From: Minisyncoccia bacterium
Lineage (GTDB): Bacteria; Patescibacteriota; Minisyncoccia; Moranbacterales; GCA-2747515
NCBI GenBank assembly: GCA_041738235.1
Contig: JBGSQF010000013.1
Span: 321,899-385,898 of the forward strand
Reading direction: 5' to 3'
Length of the DNA: 64,000 nt
Shown: positions 1 to 9,600 of the stretch, piece by piece
Position numbering within the stretch: the first letter of the stretch is position 1
Layout of the letters: every line of letters begins with the position of its first letter
The notes under the pieces: model-generated
Told to the model about the DNA's origin: nothing
Database searches by the model: none
Seen by the model: only the letters and a program-made list of their open reading frames with translations
Made by a program: the position numbers and the translations under genes

Positions 1-189
1 ATTTTCCATAGACTGTTATGTGCTACACAATTAGTGACTTTAGTATACGTTGAGAAAGAAAAGTCCGCAACTTTTTCACTGGCTTCGATCTCTATTTGAC
101 TTGCATTTTTCGTCATTCATTCCCATACTACCCTCAAGGCATAATGCCGAAACTCTCTACCTGATCCACAGCAAAAAGAGGTTAGAACC

Positions 190-690
190 ATGCCTAGCAA
201 GCTCTTCGCAAAAAAAGACGAGAATTTCCACATTACGGTCGACTACGGGGTGCCTATCGGAAAGGCTTTGGAATTAGCTGAATCAGTTCTCAGATGGACT
301 GCTGTCGATCTCAATCTCAACTTAGAAAAGAGAACCTTTCCCCTCTTCTCAGGCATCAAGAAGTTCACCACTTACTATGCGGTGCTCCAACACGAATCCT
401 GCTGGCTCAGGGGGATGCGGGACGTCTTCCGGGAAGAGGATGTTGTACCAGCAGACATTTGGCAGTTCCTCGCCTTCCTCTATTTGTATGGGAGAACAGA
501 GGTAACTCCGAAAAATCCCTCTCCCATCGTCGCTGCCGCGCCAGGATCGACTTGGCTGTGTTCCCACGACTGTCTCAACGAGATGATCGGGGTTCGTTGG
601 GACACCTTCTACCACGCCCCCGGACCCAGTCTGGGAGTAGAATCCGACCCGTTCAGAAAAGGCATGCGTTTCTTGGCGATCCGGGCCTGA
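190..690 (+). CDS. hypothetical protein (166 aa)
   Basis: ORF with AAAGAGG Shine-Dalgarno 6-13 nt upstream of the ATG. Local GC is higher (~52%) than the window average. No recognisable motif. Confidence 0.35.
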   Translation: MPSKLFAKKDENFHITVDYGVPIGKALELAESVLRWTAVDLNLNLEKRTFPLFSGIKKFTTYYAVLQHESCWLRGMRDVFREEDVVPADIWQFLAFLYLYGRTEVTPKNPSPIVAAAPGSTWLCSHDCLNEMIGVRWDTFYHAPGPSLGVESDPFRKGMRFLAIRA

Positions 691-879
691 AACGTGCAAG
701 TCCTACCCATCAAAGGCGCCCTCTATCTGCAAAGATATTGGGCGCCTTCAACTTTTTTTGGACATACACACAACGATCTTACACTTTCACGACATATGGA
801 ATAGTAATTCGAAATGTGCTATCATAGAACACATTGATTTTCTCCCAAAACCATATAATCATAAAACTATTTACTCCCT

Positions 880-1458
880 ATGCGAAAGATCGTTCTTGAT
901 ATCGAAACACAAAATACCTTCCGTGATGTGGGGAAAAATGACCCAACGGCACTCGACATTTCCCTCCTCGTCATCTACGATTACGAAACGGATAAATACC
1001 TCTCATTCCTTCAAGACGACTTTCCAAAACTCTGGGCAATACTCGAACGATCCGATCTCATCATCGGATACAACTCCGACCATTTCGACATCCCACTCCT
1101 CAATAAATACTATCCGGGAGATCTCACAAGGATCAAAAGTGTAGACCTCCTCGTAGAGATCCAAAAATCGATCGGACGACGTGTTCGATTGGACGACGTG
1201 GCCTCCGCCACGCTCGGAGTAGGAAAAAGCGCCTCAGGACTTGAAGCGATCGAGTGGTGGAAAACCGGCGAAATAGAAAAGATCCGTGAGTATTGTGAGC
1301 AAGACGTTCGTGTTACCAAAGACGTGTACGAATATGCCAAAAAGAACAGTGCGCTGAAATACAAAGACATTGCCGGCATTCGAGAATTCCCTATTGACCC
1401 CTCCCGTTGGGAGCTTCAAATAAAGCCTGCCTCGATGAACTTTACCCTTCCTTTTTAG
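880..1458 (+). CDS. predicted 3'-5' exonuclease, RNase H-like fold (PolB-exo-like/DEDD family)
   Basis: Motifs LDIETQ (Exo I), GYNSDHFDIPLL (Exo II) and YCEQDVRVT (Exo III, DEDDy-like) in the order typical of RNase_H_2/DnaQ-like exonucleases. Confidence 0.6.
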   Translation: MRKIVLDIETQNTFRDVGKNDPTALDISLLVIYDYETDKYLSFLQDDFPKLWAILERSDLIIGYNSDHFDIPLLNKYYPGDLTRIKSVDLLVEIQKSIGRRVRLDDVASATLGVGKSASGLEAIEWWKTGEIEKIREYCEQDVRVTKDVYEYAKKNSALKYKDIAGIREFPIDPSRWELQIKPASMNFTLPF

Positions 1459-1484
1459 AACCTTTACTAAGTGTTTCCATTTTT

Positions 1485-1523
1485 AAACCGCGGTCATGAC
1501 CTCTGCATGGTACCGCGGTTTTT
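1485..1523. terminator. bidirectional rho-independent terminator between convergent genes
   Basis: Perfect 10-bp stem AAACCGCGGT/ACCGCGGTTT with a 17-nt loop. A-run upstream and T-run downstream. Sits between the + gene ending at 1458 and the - gene ending at 1550. Confidence 0.5.
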
Positions 1524-1549
1524 GTCTGCTGACGTGAGAGCTCCTTATC

Positions 1550-1888
1550 TCACGGATCTAGGCGAACAGGAATGCTGTTCTGTTTCCTTTTCTTTACCTT
1601 TGCCTCCCGACATCCAATCCCCTTCTCGCAGCACCTGATCCAAACGAGGATCAAGAACCCCGCGCAGAGACCGATGACAAGGTACCAAACCCAGTCAGGA
1701 AAAATAAACCTGCTTTCCAGCCCCGAATGGACAGAGAATGTTCCCATCGGGAACGATGGATTAGCAAGTGTTCGATTAACGAAGGGCATCGCGATCAATG
1801 CAAGAAATGCCATCACAGAGACGATCCAAAATTTTGGATTCTTCAGGCGGCATATGAAGCATTTTCTAGAAATACACCACTTCTTCAT
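1550..1888 (-). CDS. small membrane protein (hypothetical)
   Basis: 112-aa ORF with two predicted hydrophobic helices. GGAG 8 nt upstream of the start. Confidence 0.35.
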   Translation of the reverse strand: MKKWCISRKCFICRLKNPKFWIVSVMAFLALIAMPFVNRTLANPSFPMGTFSVHSGLESRFIFPDWVWYLVIGLCAGFLILVWIRCCEKGIGCREAKVKKRKQNSIPVRLDP

Positions 1889-2028
1889 TACTGCTCCTAC
1901 ACTTTCGATTGAACATTATTCTCTTTATACAACCTTTGTACCCGTTTTGTCTAATGCTAATAAATTTCTATGTACTGAAAAAACTTGGGTCGCGGTGTCA
2001 TCTGGCACCGCGACCCACAATACCGCCC

Positions 2029-2235
2029 TCATTTCCTCTCTGGCCGTCCCTTGGCCATGAGCCTTTCCCATCCCAGAAGAGCAAGGTAGACGAGAGTCCC
2101 AACACCCAAACCCCATATCCATTGATCCGGCCAACTCTCTGGGCTGGACTCTGTGGCCCATCCAGCAATGAGAGCAAGGGTTCCCGATATTGCAATGTTC
2201 ACACATTGCACGCCGATGCGTTCCAAAGGCTTCAT
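2029..2235 (-). CDS. small membrane protein (68 aa, hypothetical)
   Basis: Internal ATG at 2235 is preceded by a strong SD AAAGGAGGG 7 nt upstream. Two hydrophobic helices. The longer ORF start (2394) lacks an RBS. Confidence 0.45.
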   Translation of the reverse strand: MKPLERIGVQCVNIAISGTLALIAGWATESSPESWPDQWIWGLGVGTLVYLALLGWERLMAKGRPERK

Positions 2236-2404
2236 ATCACCCTCCTTTGAGTGATCGAGTGACATACGATGTGGTAATCTTGGTATACTCCTTTCTTGAA
2301 TATCCGTCCAGAAAAAGCATAGAAACAACACCACATAAAACCACCCTTGCCTGAAATCAAAAAATCGGGTATGCTCGTAAACGTACTCGAACAAAAAAGT
2401 ATAT

Positions 2405-2479
2405 GCCGCGTTCGTCTAGCCCGGTCAGGACGCCAGGTTCTCATCCTGGAAATCATGGGTTCGAATCCCATACGCGGTA
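2405..2479 (+). tRNA. tRNA-Glu (anticodon CUC)
   Basis: Cloverleaf read by eye: acceptor GCCGCGU/ACGCGGU (one G-U pair), D-arm GUCU/GGAC, anticodon stem CCAGG/CCUGG with loop UUCUCAU, T-arm AUGGG-UUCGAAU-CCCAU, discriminator A. CCA not encoded. Strongly resembles bacterial tRNA-Glu. Confidence 0.7.
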
Positions 2480-2491
2480 CAAATAGCAACC

Positions 2492-2526
2492 AAAAAAGAT
2501 GGTCTTAATGGCCATCTTTTTTTGTT
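2492..2526 (+). terminator. rho-independent terminator downstream of tRNA-Glu
   Basis: 8-bp stem AAAGATGG/CCATCTTT followed by a T-run of 7 or more. Confidence 0.5.
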
Positions 2527-2535
2527 TTTGTGTAG

Positions 2536-2672
2536 CCACGTATGGGATGAGAAGGGTATTTCAAAAAGGCAAACTGCTTTGCGTTTTTGAAAACCCGGGC
2601 TTTGGAGGAGAAAGCAAGGCATGTGCCAAAGGGCACGACTTGCGACGGAGGAAAAGGAATCCCATACGCGGT
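2536..2672 (+). repeat. ~137-nt structured direct repeat, copy 1 (attL-like; carries an 18-nt identical copy of the tRNA-Glu 3' end)
   Basis: About 90% identical to 6319-6456. Ends pair as a 10-bp stem CGTATGGGAT/ATCCCATACG. Internal hairpins GGCATGTGCC and GCAAG...CTTGC. The 3' end AATCCCATACGCGGTACA is identical to tRNA positions 2464-2481. Confidence 0.7.
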
Positions 2673-2678
2673 ACACTT

Positions 2679-2708
2679 AAAAAATGCCTTTTCAAAAGGC
2701 ATTTTTTT
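2679..2708. terminator. bidirectional rho-independent terminator
   Basis: A-run, palindrome ATGCCTT-TTCAA-AAGGCAT, then T7. Could terminate + transcription through repeat copy 1 and/or the minus-strand gene ending at 2888. Confidence 0.5.
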
Positions 2709-2710
2709 CT

Positions 2711-2738
2711 TACCTGTGTATGAGATTCGAACCTGATT
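2711..2738 (-). other. decayed inverted copy of the tRNA-Glu 3' half (att-site remnant)
   Basis: Minus-strand reading AATCAGGTTCGAATCTCATACACAGGTA aligns with tRNA AATCATGGGTTCGAATCCCATACGCGGTA, with a 2-nt deletion and 4 substitutions. Confidence 0.4.
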
Positions 2739-2887
2739 GTCGACACAATAACTCACTACCCACTCACTCACCGTATCTCTCCCCTTCTTTTTTCCAATAA
2801 AAAACCGACTCTTCCTTAAGTCGGCTGGGATGTCTCCCATTCGTGGCCATCTTTGGTCTTTGATTGCTCTCATCTTCTCTACTTTCC

Positions 2888-4537
2888 TCAATAGCAGAGA
2901 TAGTTGTCGTTCCAGGTATGCGGATCGGAAGGCTCCAGCCATTGCACACACCGCTTCCCTCCAATTGGTCCGGCACTGGACCAGGAGAAGTTAAGCGGAC
3001 TGCTCGGTGGCACGCAGAGGTAGTTGTCGTTCCAAGTATGCGGGTCAGCGCTTTCTCTAATCTGCGTACAGCGCATCCCTCCGATCGATCCGGCGCTGTT
3101 CCAACGCATCCCGTAGTCCTGGGTTGCGCAGAAGTAGTTATCCATCCAGGTATGCGGGTCAGCTCCTTCCGAGATCTGCGTGCAGTAGGCCCCGGAAACG
3201 GGTCCGGCATAGGACCAGACAAAAGTGCCGTCGGGACTTGTGGGGAAGTTAGTTACCGTGAACCCCATCGTCTGGGCATTATTGCCTTCGTTAGACTCAT
3301 GCAGGTTTCCCTGGTAGTCGGCGTAACATTGATAGGTGCGAGTTCCTGTGTCTCCCAGTCGGAAGCTATTGCTTATGTACTCCATCTTTTTTGCTCCGAC
3401 TCGCATGTCGCCTGCATCGACACCGTCATCTCCACGGCGGTTTCCTTGATTGATTTGGTAGTCAATGCGGAAACCGTTTGGGGCGTCACGGTTACCCACG
3501 TTTTGCACCTCGCAATACGGGTTGACGTAAGAATCCTTTCGAATGAATCCTCCCTGTCGAATAACCCAACCGTTTACCTTGAGGTACAGGTCGGAAACGA
3601 TGAGGTCGGCCTTCCAAGGCACGACATGGTAGGTGGCGCTTTTGCAGTTGTTGGCTTCGTTTAGCTCCGGAAGCCAGCCTTTGGAGTCCACGCAACAGGT
3701 GTACGTGCGATCTCCGGTGTTGCCCAGCTTCCAGCTGTCCCAGACCACTTCCGTGGCAATTTCACCCACTCTCGATTCTCCGGGGTCAAGGAAGTCCTCG
3801 TCACGCTCACTGCCATCCATACGGTGCGATACCTTGACTTGCAGAGGCGAGTCGATCTCGCCCAGATTGGTCATCTCGCAGTACGGATGCCAATAGTTAT
3901 CCTCCAATAATGTGGCGCCGTTGTAGTAGCGAGCACCCGTTATGGCATCAGAGAAATAGACGTCGGTGACGGTGAGGTCGGGACGCAGGCTTGTGACCTC
4001 GTACCGTTCCACACGGCTCTTGTTGTCACCCTCGTCATACTCTTCGACTTCGTTCCTGAAGTCGATCTCGGTGCGGAAGGCGATTGAGGAGATACCATCG
4101 GGGATGATGTAATCCTTCGTCTCCGTGATCGTCTCGCCTTCGTCGAGCTTGGCGATGGTGATGTAGCCCGTTTGCCATTGGACCCATTCTCCATCGTCGA
4201 TTGACACGAGATACTTGATGTCGATGGTGTCGGCATTGTCCCTCGTCTTCCAATTCCCCGCGTCGCCTCCCACAGCCTTCACCGCGACGCGGTTTCTGGC
4301 TTTCATACCGGGAAGGAATTGATCGTGTCCGGCGTAGAGCTCGTTGCCGTCGACACCGAGGATATCGGTGTCGTTTTTGAGGTTGACGGGGTCGAGGGGT
4401 TGAGGGTCGGTGGGATCAGATGTTGATCCGCCCGCTCCCGAGGTTGTAACAGTGATAGTAACTCCCTCGCAATCGGAAGCGAATGCCTCCGGAAGCAGAA
4501 GGAATAATGCAGTGACGAACAGTATGCCATATCTCAT
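2888..4537 (-). CDS. secreted repeat protein (549 aa) with CARDB-like segments and three C-terminal ~45-aa Cys repeats (C..DPHTW.DNY.C)
   Basis: ATG at 4537 with SD GGAGGAAAT upstream. Signal peptide MRYGILFVTALFLLLPEAFA. Three C-terminal ~130-nt tandem coding repeats. Elevated GC (~55%). The longer ORF start at 4663 overlaps the upstream gene and lacks an RBS. Confidence 0.7.
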   Translation of the reverse strand: MRYGILFVTALFLLLPEAFASDCEGVTITVTTSGAGGSTSDPTDPQPLDPVNLKNDTDILGVDGNELYAGHDQFLPGMKARNRVAVKAVGGDAGNWKTRDNADTIDIKYLVSIDDGEWVQWQTGYITIAKLDEGETITETKDYIIPDGISSIAFRTEIDFRNEVEEYDEGDNKSRVERYEVTSLRPDLTVTDVYFSDAITGARYYNGATLLEDNYWHPYCEMTNLGEIDSPLQVKVSHRMDGSERDEDFLDPGESRVGEIATEVVWDSWKLGNTGDRTYTCCVDSKGWLPELNEANNCKSATYHVVPWKADLIVSDLYLKVNGWVIRQGGFIRKDSYVNPYCEVQNVGNRDAPNGFRIDYQINQGNRRGDDGVDAGDMRVGAKKMEYISNSFRLGDTGTRTYQCYADYQGNLHESNEGNNAQTMGFTVTNFPTSPDGTFVWSYAGPVSGAYCTQISEGADPHTWMDNYFCATQDYGMRWNSAGSIGGMRCTQIRESADPHTWNDNYLCVPPSSPLNFSWSSAGPIGGKRCVQWLEPSDPHTWNDNYLCY

Positions 4538-4580
4538 GGCCGGATTTCCTCCGTTTTTGGGTTGATTGGTTGACATGTGA

Positions 4581-5300
4581 TCACTTGATGCACATGTCAC
4601 CTTTACCGAAGAGTGCATCATAGCTGACATCGTCCGGGTAATGCACCTGGAAGATGTCCGCACACACAGGCCAGGCGTACGTTCTCACGATCTGTCGGTT
4701 GCTGTCGAGTCCGTACCAGGCTTGTGCTTTGATGCACGAGGTGTCGAAGGGGTACCAGGCGTAGTTACCGACCTTGCGGACGGTGAACTGGTTGCCGGGG
4801 ATGGTGGCGGGGTCTTTCTCGTAGATGAACCCACGGAGGGTCCAACTGCCCTTAACATCAGATCCAAGATCCGTATTACGGTGATAAGTGTTACCGCTTC
4901 CTGGGTAGTAAGTGGCGTGATTAATGCCATCCTCAAACCCCTGGCTCTTATACCAATCCATCTCCAAAACATCGAAAGATCCGTCGGTGTATGCCTCCTC
5001 GACGTAAGCGACATGGCCTTCGAACTCCGCGATTGCGCCATCTTTCGGCTCGAACCCGACCATGAAGTCCAGGTTCCGAAGCTTATCGGACCACTGTCCG
5101 CCGTTCCATCCACTTCCGGTTATCGCCGAGGCGATGTCCGGGCGTTTGTATGCGGCCCACCAGGTGCAGTTTCCATGGTCACCACACTCGAAATGGCTCG
5201 TCGTGGACGTATATCCATAACACACCGAGTCACCAGCCAGCGCATTCACTCCGAAGAAAAACACGCAGACGCCAATCAGCCGAGCAAGTAAATTGCTCAT
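4581..5300 (-). CDS. secreted CHAP-domain peptidoglycan hydrolase/amidase
   Basis: Signal peptide. CHAP signature with Cys in GNCTWWAAY and downstream His in GHVAYVE. GC about 55%. Confidence 0.7.
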   Translation of the reverse strand: MSNLLARLIGVCVFFFGVNALAGDSVCYGYTSTTSHFECGDHGNCTWWAAYKRPDIASAITGSGWNGGQWSDKLRNLDFMVGFEPKDGAIAEFEGHVAYVEEAYTDGSFDVLEMDWYKSQGFEDGINHATYYPGSGNTYHRNTDLGSDVKGSWTLRGFIYEKDPATIPGNQFTVRKVGNYAWYPFDTSCIKAQAWYGLDSNRQIVRTYAWPVCADIFQVHYPDDVSYDALFGKGDMCIK

Positions 5301-5413
5301 GATATAAATCCTCTTTCAAGTTGTTAAGGGACGCACATTCTTTGAGAAACGGATATTACCGCTTCAGAGATCGCACGAGAGGTCATGCGATCAAAAAGAG
5401 GTAAAACTGTATC

Positions 5414-6103
5414 TTACTTTTTGAGAATGATACTCTCTGCCATTGTATCAAGAATTTCTTTTCTTATGATATTTTCTTGAGTCATTCTGGCAGTAAGTGT
5501 AAGTGAAATCTTCTTATTGATAATATAGTAAGACTGTTGCATTTGAGAATTTTCATACGTAGCCGAGCAATATGCAATAAAAGGTAATTTTTTGTCATTA
5601 AGAATTTTACATTCAGCAGAGGGATTATTGTCTTTTGCCATGTAGAATATGGAGTCTATCTCATCTTGAGGAGTTCCAGCATCCGAGGTTGCTGTTCCCC
5701 TGTCCGTAATCACGATCTCTGTATTATTGAAAATATCTAATGGAACATTTGATCCTATACCAGAGAAAATTCCAATGTCTGGATGTTTCTCAATATCAAA
5801 ATCTGGGTTATTCGTAATTATTTGCGCATTTTCGTTTGCATCTAGCACTTTCCAATACCACTCTTTCGGGAATTTAATCGTGAAATATTCCGTTTCTTTT
5901 GTTTGCCAATGACTCACATCGAGATCGACATCTGTCACAAAATTTTGATTCTGTTCTTCTTGCTTCCTTTGCTCTTCTTCGGTCTGTTTTTGATTCATTT
6001 CTATCCCCCTCTCCACCTTCCCCGAATACCACAAAACACCCCCGGCAATGAGGACGGCAACAACAAAGAAAATGCTGAGGAATGCGATGCTTTTTTTGGT
6101 CAT
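5414..6103 (-). CDS. membrane-anchored hypothetical protein (N-terminal TM, Gln/Glu-rich linker, beta-rich ectodomain)
   Basis: The ORF track start is a TTG. The in-frame ATG (MTKKSIAFLSIFFVVAVLIAGG) immediately precedes a TM helix. AT-rich (~33% GC), unlike the adjacent island genes. Confidence 0.45.
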   Translation of the reverse strand: MTKKSIAFLSIFFVVAVLIAGGVLWYSGKVERGIEMNQKQTEEEQRKQEEQNQNFVTDVDLDVSHWQTKETEYFTIKFPKEWYWKVLDANENAQIITNNPDFDIEKHPDIGIFSGIGSNVPLDIFNNTEIVITDRGTATSDAGTPQDEIDSIFYMAKDNNPSAECKILNDKKLPFIAYCSATYENSQMQQSYYIINKKISLTLTARMTQENIIRKEILDTMAESIILKK

Positions 6104-6318
6104 AGGGATGATAATAGATTGAATATATTTCTTGTTCAATTTACTATAATTAGCGGGATATGTCAATGTTTTTTAAGCCCGAATTTTTAAAAATACTCCA
6201 AAATCCCCCATCATTTCCCCTACCCTACTCCAATCCAAAGTTCCAAGAACATCACACAGGGGGTACAACTAAGGTAAACAAAAAATACACCCTTCCCAAG
6301 GATGTATTTTTTTTGTAA

Positions 6319-6456
6319 GCGCGTATGGGATGAGAAGGGTATTTCAAAAAGGCAAACTGCTTTGCATTTTTGAAAACCCGGGCTTTGGAGGAGAAAGCGA
6401 GGCATGTGCCAAAGGCACGCCTCGCGACGGAGGAAAAGGAATCCCGTACGCGGTTC
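6319..6456 (+). repeat. ~137-nt structured direct repeat, copy 2 (attR-like; tRNA-Glu 3' end with 2 mismatches)
   Basis: Same architecture as copy 1. Compensatory changes keep the pairing (GCAAG/CTTGC becomes GCGAG/CTCGC; an A.C mismatch at the stem end becomes G-C). Preceded by a terminator-like hairpin ATACACCCTT/AAGGATGTAT plus T8 at about 6285-6314. Confidence 0.7.
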
Positions 6457-6659
6457 AACTCAAGAGCATCTTTTTAAAGTGCATTCTACCTATTTTAGGG
6501 ATTACTCATCTAACTCAATCCCTTCTTTATAATTAGATCCTCATCAACTATCGCTACTGAACAGGAGGTAGAGATAAAAAATCCCCCCCTCTAGCTGATA
6601 AGGGATACACAAAAAAATATGTCACTACCAAAAAAATACAAGTTACCTTGACTTTCCTC

Positions 6660-9600
6660 CTACCACGTCCACGGATTCCACAATACAAAATTCTTAGTAG
6701 GTCGTGTCAAAGCTGGAGGAGTGACGGATTGTTGCGTCTGTTGAGTTTCTTGGGTTGAATTCGTTGGGTTTTGGATTTCTTCTGTGACTTGTCTTTCTGT
6801 ACGTGCTCCTTGCACACTCCCCTCTTCTGCTTGAGTTTGCGTTTCTGTCTGTGATGATACTTGTTGTATCTGACTTACGTAGTTTAGTACAATCGAAGTA
6901 TCTACTCTGTTTCCCGCTTTATCATAGGCTCGAATATTGAGAAGATACGTTCCAAGAGGAAGAGATTCGGGAAGAAGATAAAAAGACTCTTCAACACCTT
7001 GTCTTCTCCAAGACTTTAGAACTTTTCCATTCATATCGACAAGTTGAACCTTATAATAGGAAAGACCCGATCCATTAGGATTGTCAGCTGCAAGAAAATC
7101 TATTCTCTCTTTTCTGGTGAGAGTCTTTTTTTCTGGAAGAGGATTAATGAAAAAGGGATCGGTCTTATCAGTGATAAGAGTAAAGAAGTCAGAGATATCT
7201 GATCTATTCCCAGTGCTATCGATATAGCGTACGGCATATTGATTTTTTCCTTCCTTACTAGAAAGATTGAAGTTCCAAGAGCCCTTCTCATTTATAGAGA
7301 TAGTTTTGAGTTTTTTAGTACCTCCTTTATCTGTTTTGGTATAGAGAGTTATGGTTCCATTTCTTGCTTTTGGATTCTTTCCCTTAAGTCTGGGAGTGGT
7401 ATCGGATCGATAGTTAACATCTTTGAAAGAAATAGATTCCTCATTAGCAGAAAGGTTGCTCTTATTGTCATTTTGGAATTGTTCAAGGTTGGATTCTGAA
7501 GTTTGAAGCGTGGCGGAGTGAATGACAGGAGTGATATTGGGATCTTGTGTAGAAAGAGTTGCTTTCCAAGTAAAATTATTTGCTTTGGTATACTGGGGAA
7601 ATGTTATGGGAGGAGTGAAATCAGCCCAAGTAGATCCGTTGTCTATTGAGTATTGATACTCAATGCTAGTGCCTTCTGGAATCGTTTGATCTGTCTGGAA
7701 AGAGAGGAGTTCATTGGTATTTGGGAAAGAGAGGGTTTGTGAGGTGTAAGTGCCTGAATCAGAGATAAAAAGTCCGTCCTCTTGCCGAGCATATTTGATC
7801 TCCACGCTATCAAGGCTGGGCGTAATGGAATTGTCTTGAGTCGCAAGAACTGCCTTATAGCGAAAGTTGCGGGATAAGTTAACAGGCAGAGCATAAATGC
7901 CAGGATCGGTTCCCAAACTTGTGTATGTTTGACCTTCATCAAAAGAGTAGAACATTTCTATAGAAGTTCCTTCGGGAATAGTGGCTTCCCAAGATAGCTC
8001 AGAATACACCTCTTTTTGGTACGTGTCGGAAATATATTCTAAAGAAAAAAAATAATTCGTATCAAGAACGTTCGTATCTGAATCATTGTCCACATCGGTA
8101 CAGAGATCTGTATTTGATCCTCCAATAGCATAAATCCCACCATTTACCAACTCAGTTGATACTCTATTGAGACCAGTTGGTAATATCCCAATAATATCCC
8201 ATTTATCGTACTCCGGGTCATAGCTATATATATCCTTTGCACGAATAAGCGCATCATCTTTTCCTCCAATATATATAAGCTTACCATTTATAACTACCGT
8301 ATCACCACCACCTCGATATGAAGGCAGAAATGCCAAATCCGTATCCCATGTATCCGTGGCTGGATCATAACTTGCCATAGAGTTGGACACCATACCATCA
8401 CAATCCCGCCTCGCCCCAACGATATACAACTTTCCATTAATAAATTGACCCGAAGCCTGATTCATTTTTACAACAGGGGCAGGTGTTCCGGCCTCCCAAG
8501 TATCTGTTTCTGGATCATAGATCTCCATCTCAGTAGATGAAAGACCAGAACAATCTAAACCACCACTAATGTAGACAGGACCACCTCCCACGACATAGAT
8601 CTTCCCGTTATATACTCCTCCGACAGCTCCTTCCCTCACCCGACTCATAGGTGCGCCCGCTGTCCAAGTATCCGTTTCTGGGTCATATATTTCTACAGAA
8701 GAAAGTTCTGTCTTTGTAGGATAAACTCCGGTAGCACCTCCAAAGACATAGAGTTTGCTATCGTACGCAACAACCATTGGTCTCGTTCTTGTTTGCACCA
8801 TTGGGGATTTAGTCTCCCATGTATCGGTTGCTGTGTCGTAAACCAATAATGTATTATGTCCGCAATTTCCACAACTCATCTTTCCCCCACCCACAACATA
8901 TATTTTTGAACCAATAACAGCACTTCCCGCGCCTTTTGTCTCTTCGGGAAGAGGCGCTTTGTTTTGCCAAGTGTCACTCGATTCAGCATATACGGTTTTA
9001 ACATAAACTCCCTCACTATTATATACGTTATCTATATCAACAACCGAAAGACCGCTTTTATTATCCTCTTCATAGAAAGCCCCTGATTCACTCTTTTTGA
9101 CACTAACATACAAAAGATGATGAGTACCATCCAGAAAAGAATTGTGAACGCTATTATTTACGATTTCTGGAGTTGAAACATTATTATACGTTTTGACCAA
9201 AACATCATCTGCTGGACTCACTGTTCCCCGTGTATCAATAACCGAGAGGGCACCATTATTAATATTGGGATCATTTTTACTACTTACATATAAGAGATCG
9301 TTCGCAGAATCTAAAAAGGCATGCACTACATAATTATTCGCTATCGCTGGGGTGGTAGTTGTTTTATAAGTGATCACCAAAACATCGTCAGTGGCGGTCA
9401 CAGTTCCTTGCGTGTTGATCACGGTAAGACCACCCCCTAAAGTCCCCACATACAAAAGGTTATGCACCGAATCCATAAAGGAGTACGAAACATTGTTACC
9501 CCCGATCGCTGGGGTGGTAGTTGTTTTATAAGTGATCACCAAAACATCGTCAGTGGCGGTCACAGTTCCTTGCGTGTTGATCACGGTAAGACCACCACTT

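Noticed and set aside
834-859. Promoter TTGATT-14-TATAAT upstream of the exonuclease gene
   Set aside because: The spacer is only 14 nt (15 for the alternative -35 ATTGAT). The TATAAT alone is not enough to call a promoter.
2499-2723. ORFs 2499-2723(+), 6330-6536(+), 2505-2951(-) and 6252-6458(-) with shared peptides such as MRRVFQKGKLLC and KARVFKNAKQFAFLKYPSHPIRGY
   Set aside because: Their conservation is due solely to running through the two copies of the 137-nt structured repeat. Nucleotide substitutions between copies follow RNA-helix covariation, not codon constraints.
2890-3230. Three ~130-nt tandem nucleotide repeats
   Set aside because: They encode the three C-terminal DPHTW.DNY.C protein repeats of the 549-aa secreted protein. 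They are not an independent repeat element.
5370-5395. Hairpin GATCGCA-N10-TGCGATC as terminator of the 250-aa gene
   Set aside because: On the coding (minus) strand the U-run precedes rather than follows the stem, so it does not have intrinsic-terminator geometry.
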